IMG/VR virus record: IMGVR_UViG_3300009184_000029
Coordinates: 124,001-188,000 of that record
Reading direction: 5' to 3' (one strand)
Length of the DNA stretch: 64,000 bases
The position numbers were made by a program, and so were the translations under genes. Below the pieces are notes generated by a model, which was given only the letters and a program-made list of their open reading frames with translations, did not search any database and was not told where the DNA came from. Of the stretch, positions 60,249 through 64,000 are shown piece by piece (positions within the stretch are counted from its first letter, which is position 1; the number at the start of each line of letters is the position of its first letter).

Positions 60249-63200
60249 TGGCTACTAAGTATACTTGTCCACCACAATCTCCATCAGGTTTTGGAACCTT
60301 TTCGGATAATTTAGTCGGATTCCAATTAACCGATGGGGGAGGACTTACGCAAGGTAATTTTAATTTTACAACAGGAGTCACTGAAAAATCAAATAGAAAT
60401 TTTGAAACAGGGGTTTTTGGTCAACCGATTAATTTAGAGACATTAAACATATCTGTAGAAGAAAGTAAAAATATACAATCAAATATAACAGGAGTTTATC
60501 CTAATTTTGATTTAAGTTTTATCTCTAATTTTACACTTTTTGGACCTTTATCTGAAAGATTTTCAGCTTCGATAACTAAAATAGTTAATTTTTTTCCTGC
60601 ATCTTTAAATATTAAATTTAGAAGACCAAATTTTACAACTGGTTATACTGCATTTGATATCAATTATGATAGTGATGAAAATGAAACTGAATTTAGTATT
60701 TATGTATCGGCAATAACAAATCCATTTGGTATTGATTTTACAACTAATTCTGCGAAGAATATTGCAAAATCTGAATTACCATTATCTAAGTTAAGGGATA
60801 TAACTACTAATTTCAGAAGTTATACATTAATACTAAGCTCGACTTCGTATAATTTAAAATATTTCTATCCTTCAGCGACTTTAACTGGAGGTACTATAAG
60901 TTTAGTGGTTAATGGTAATCCATTTTCTGCGGGAACCGCGACAACTACATCATACGATTCTTTTATTGTAAGACCGAATAATATCGAAGTAGAACAAGTA
61001 TTTGATTTTGATTTTGACCAAGTTGATAACTTTTTATTAAACAGGTCGGTTAGTCCAATCTATACTGCAATATTCAAAGTCCCAAGAGTTTCAGATGATG
61101 GGATTTATTATAATAGTAATGAAAATACTACTTGGCCATTAGATGGTGAATGGAATTTAGATATAAGAACTCCATTATTTGACAATTACGTATCTAAATT
61201 AAATGAAATAGCTGAAAACTTTGATAGTTTTAAAACAAATTTAATCTCAAGATTTTTGACTACAAATTCATTTATTGAATTTGATACTCCGGATAGAAAG
61301 ATTGATAAAGTATTAAAGATTTATGGTAGAAGTTTTGACGAGACAAAGAAATATATTGATGGTTTGTCACATATTATTTCAGTAAATTATACTGTTAAGG
61401 ATGATATCCCCTCACAATTATTAACAAATCTTGCGGAAACTATAGGTTGGAATCCATCGATTTCTCCAATCTCACAAAAAGGAGTTAATAGTACGGTTTA
61501 TAATGAAAGTTTAGGTTCTGAGTTTGAAGGTATATCGGTAGGTATGACTCAAGATGAGTTAAACTACCAATATTATAGAAATTTAATACTTAATTCGGCG
61601 TACCTTTTTAAGTCTAAAGGTACTAGAAAATCTATAGATTTTTTATTAAAATTAATTGGAGCACCTGAGGCATTGATTGAATTTAATGAATCAGTTTATG
61701 TTGCAAGTCAAAAAATAAATGTATCAGATTTAGATTCCCAATTTTCATTAATTGGTGGAGGAACATTTAGTGAAACAGTTCCTGTGTTAGATACAAATAG
61801 TATATATAATTTTAATGGAGATTCGGTTACAGGATACACTTCTGAAACTCGGTCAACAACAATTGCGATTACAAGAGAGGATTATCCTGTTGACTCTGAA
61901 GGATATCCTTCTCCGCCAACAAATACTGATGGATTCTTTTTCCAAAAAGGGGCTGGTTGGTACCAATTAACACCTGACCATCAAAGTAATTTAAAAGTTG
62001 ACACTACTTTAAGTGTGTTCACAGGTTCTAACCCTGATATACAAACTAGTTTTTCTGAGTTTACTTATGGTAAGGAATATATTGATAGATTTAGAGATTT
62101 CCCATATACTAACTTAGGATATAGTTTAACAAGGGTAACTGATAATAATAAAAGTTGGGGGAATAATGAAATTCCATATAGAAGTAATGAAGACGCTAGT
62201 TATTATGCATTTTATCCTGTAGGTGATGAGAGATTGGTTATAAACGCAAAGAACACTGAAATTTTCTTAAATCCTGCACAGGCCTTGGCTTATGATGTAT
62301 GGTATCTTTCACAACAATATGATTATCCAATTCCTAACTCAGGACTTAGTAATCCATATCCTCAAACAGGGGGGGTTGATTCTACAGTTATTAATCCAAA
62401 ACCAAGAACTCAACCATTTTTCGAGTTCTATCAAAGTTTTTGGAAGAATATGATTAATGTTAGAAATAGACAAATAAGTACGGATGGTAAGACAGGTGGA
62501 TATCCTACATTACAATATTTGTGGTATAGTTATTTGACAATGTATCAAGATACAGGTATTCAAAATGACAACTTTAGTTATCAAAAAATGATTGAATACA
62601 TTTCAGGGATTGGGGGGTATTGGTTGAACTTAGTCGACCAATTTGTTCCGGCAACAACTTTATGGAATGGGGGAACAAAACTTGAAAATTCGATATTCAA
62701 CAGACAGAAATTTTTATATAGAAGAAATAGAAAATATCAATTACCTACACAATCGGTACCTGGTTCACCAACTGTGGCACCATTAGGTGACTATGGATGT
62801 TTAGAAGAGACTGTTGTATTGGGGTATGGTATAATTACCGCATCTATTCTAAGTCAAGCTATTGCTAACTACCAATTAACTAATCCAAATACAAATTTAA
62901 ATACTGTAAGTACATATTGGAAATTAAAATTAACACTTGACGGGATTACAATAACCTCACCAACTAATTTCTTTGTTGGTAATGGAACAAACGGAGGTGT
63001 TGACGAATCATTCCCTAGTGACTCAGTAGTTGATGATGCAGTTAATACTTTCTTTACTAATAATAGTGTAATTAACGCTTTAACTACTGAATTCTACAAC
63101 GCGACTCCAGATACTGCGAATAATAAAATATATTTAACTACAACAAATTGTCAACAAGCGGATTTACAAGTGGCTAACTTGGGTATTGATTTATTGATTA

Positions 63201-63736
63201 GTGCTTTATCTAATACTACGGATGCGGGTGTTTATTGGATAAAATTGGTTTTTGGATTACCAACAAATTTATCACAACAAATTACGTTAATATTTAAAAG
63301 AACTTCATTAACTACTGTTGGTACAAATGTTAATGCATTTAATTATGTTAGTATTGCTGGTACTGGAGGGGGTCCGACATACACATCAATAGTTGATACT
63401 GATAAGACATTAATAAAAGATACTACTAGATGGAAAGTTAAAACTCCAATGTATGCAGTGTTAACTGCGGGAAGTAATGGTGGTAACAGGATTTATTTCA
63501 GTGTTCAAAAAAATGATTTAACTACAACTAATTATCCTAATAATCTTGGATGGGGATTAACATCTACCGCGGCTCCATCAGGTACAAATCCTGCAACTGG
63601 ATTAGTATGGCCGGCAGCTAATCCTAGTTTAGTTGGATTAACTTCAGATGTAGATATTTTCTACTCAACAGACTTTTATACAACTAATGTTAATAATGTA
63701 AATTGGAACCCTAATCCATCAAATATAATAATATAA
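60248..63736 (+). CDS. Baseplate wedge protein (gp7/P2 gpI-like domain) with extensions
   Basis: LLTNLAETIGW...AYLFKSKGTRKSIDFLLKLIG resembles tail protein I motif. Confidence 0.55.
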   Translation: MATKYTCPPQSPSGFGTFSDNLVGFQLTDGGGLTQGNFNFTTGVTEKSNRNFETGVFGQPINLETLNISVEESKNIQSNITGVYPNFDLSFISNFTLFGPLSERFSASITKIVNFFPASLNIKFRRPNFTTGYTAFDINYDSDENETEFSIYVSAITNPFGIDFTTNSAKNIAKSELPLSKLRDITTNFRSYTLILSSTSYNLKYFYPSATLTGGTISLVVNGNPFSAGTATTTSYDSFIVRPNNIEVEQVFDFDFDQVDNFLLNRSVSPIYTAIFKVPRVSDDGIYYNSNENTTWPLDGEWNLDIRTPLFDNYVSKLNEIAENFDSFKTNLISRFLTTNSFIEFDTPDRKIDKVLKIYGRSFDETKKYIDGLSHIISVNYTVKDDIPSQLLTNLAETIGWNPSISPISQKGVNSTVYNESLGSEFEGISVGMTQDELNYQYYRNLILNSAYLFKSKGTRKSIDFLLKLIGAPEALIEFNESVYVASQKINVSDLDSQFSLIGGGTFSETVPVLDTNSIYNFNGDSVTGYTSETRSTTIAITREDYPVDSEGYPSPPTNTDGFFFQKGAGWYQLTPDHQSNLKVDTTLSVFTGSNPDIQTSFSEFTYGKEYIDRFRDFPYTNLGYSLTRVTDNNKSWGNNEIPYRSNEDASYYAFYPVGDERLVINAKNTEIFLNPAQALAYDVWYLSQQYDYPIPNSGLSNPYPQTGGVDSTVINPKPRTQPFFEFYQSFWKNMINVRNRQISTDGKTGGYPTLQYLWYSYLTMYQDTGIQNDNFSYQKMIEYISGIGGYWLNLVDQFVPATTLWNGGTKLENSIFNRQKFLYRRNRKYQLPTQSVPGSPTVAPLGDYGCLEETVVLGYGIITASILSQAIANYQLTNPNTNLNTVSTYWKLKLTLDGITITSPTNFFVGNGTNGGVDESFPSDSVVDDAVNTFFTNNSVINALTTEFYNATPDTANNKIYLTTTNCQQADLQVANLGIDLLISALSNTTDAGVYWIKLVFGLPTNLSQQITLIFKRTSLTTVGTNVNAFNYVSIAGTGGGPTYTSIVDTDKTLIKDTTRWKVKTPMYAVLTAGSNGGNRIYFSVQKNDLTTTNYPNNLGWGLTSTAAPSGTNPATGLVWPAANPSLVGLTSDVDIFYSTDFYTTNVNNVNWNPNPSNIII

Positions 63737-63737
63737 A

Positions 63738-64000
63738 ATGGCAACATATTCGATATCAGTAACAGGGGATTGTAGTAACACAAATAATGGGGTGTTTAAT
63801 TTAAATATTGACCCAGGTTCAGGACCTTATTTAGTGTCTTGGACAGGTAATATTTTTTCACCACAAACCACCTCTCAAAATTATGTCCAAACAGGACTTA
63901 GTGCTGGAAGTTATTCAATAACAATCACAGACTCTTCATTACCTGTTAATATAGTTACAGGTCCTATTTTATTCTACATTTCATCTGGATTTAGTTTAAA
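63738..64000 (+). CDS. SprB-repeat-like protein, 3'-truncated
   Basis: MATYSISVTGDCSNTNNG...GSGPYLVSW...TGLSAGSYSITITDS matches SprB-repeat pattern; frame open to window end. Confidence 0.6.
   Translation, partial: MATYSISVTGDCSNTNNGVFNLNIDPGSGPYLVSWTGNIFSPQTTSQNYVQTGLSAGSYSITITDSSLPVNIVTGPILFYISSGFSL

Noticed and set aside
16250-63736. Bacterial eCIS/tailocin locus, or eukaryotic giant virus
   Set aside because: Neck genes and a T4-like replication set interleaved with tail genes indicate a tailed phage; a contractile tail excludes NCLDV despite PolB, SNF2 and eukaryote-like RNR
1-64000. tRNA, rRNA or CRISPR arrays
   Set aside because: Intergenic gaps are short (mostly under 130 nt) and AT-rich with no cloverleaf or repeat-spacer pattern visible

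Overview
AT-rich (roughly 30% GC by eye), gene-dense 64-kb segment of a large myovirus-type (contractile-tailed) dsDNA phage, standard genetic code. Order: a Gly/Thr-rich fibre-like gene cluster including three tandem paralogues (1-9400); family-B DNA polymerase; a minus-strand block (small beta protein, T4 gp13-like neck protein, Mn-type superoxide dismutase, SNF2 helicase); neck/tail module (gp14-like, gp15-like, an unannotated RHH regulator, sheath, HAD hydrolase, tube, tail chaperone, tape measure, tube initiator with OmpA-like insert, LysM/gp53-like, giant hub); replication/nucleotide module (gp32-like SSB, RecA/UvsX-like, 5'-3' exonuclease, DnaB-like helicase, nrdB, nrdA); baseplate wedge and large accessory structural genes, ending in a SprB-repeat-like partial gene. 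No SD sequences are apparent, and a perfect TTTG-N20-TAnnTTTG promoter plus the SprB-like repeat suggest a Bacteroidota host (inference). Highlights: a TATTTAT putative late-promoter regulon that appears to give leaderless mRNAs for minor proteins and long A-rich leaders for sheath and tube; a candidate UUU_CGG +1 frameshift in the tail chaperone; late-expressed SOD and HAD enzymes with candidate prohead-protease leaders (possible virion cargo); a missed RHH gene with a triple operator; and a -35 box sitting in the loop of a perfect 14-bp palindrome before recA. All product calls come from motif recognition and synteny, not database searches.
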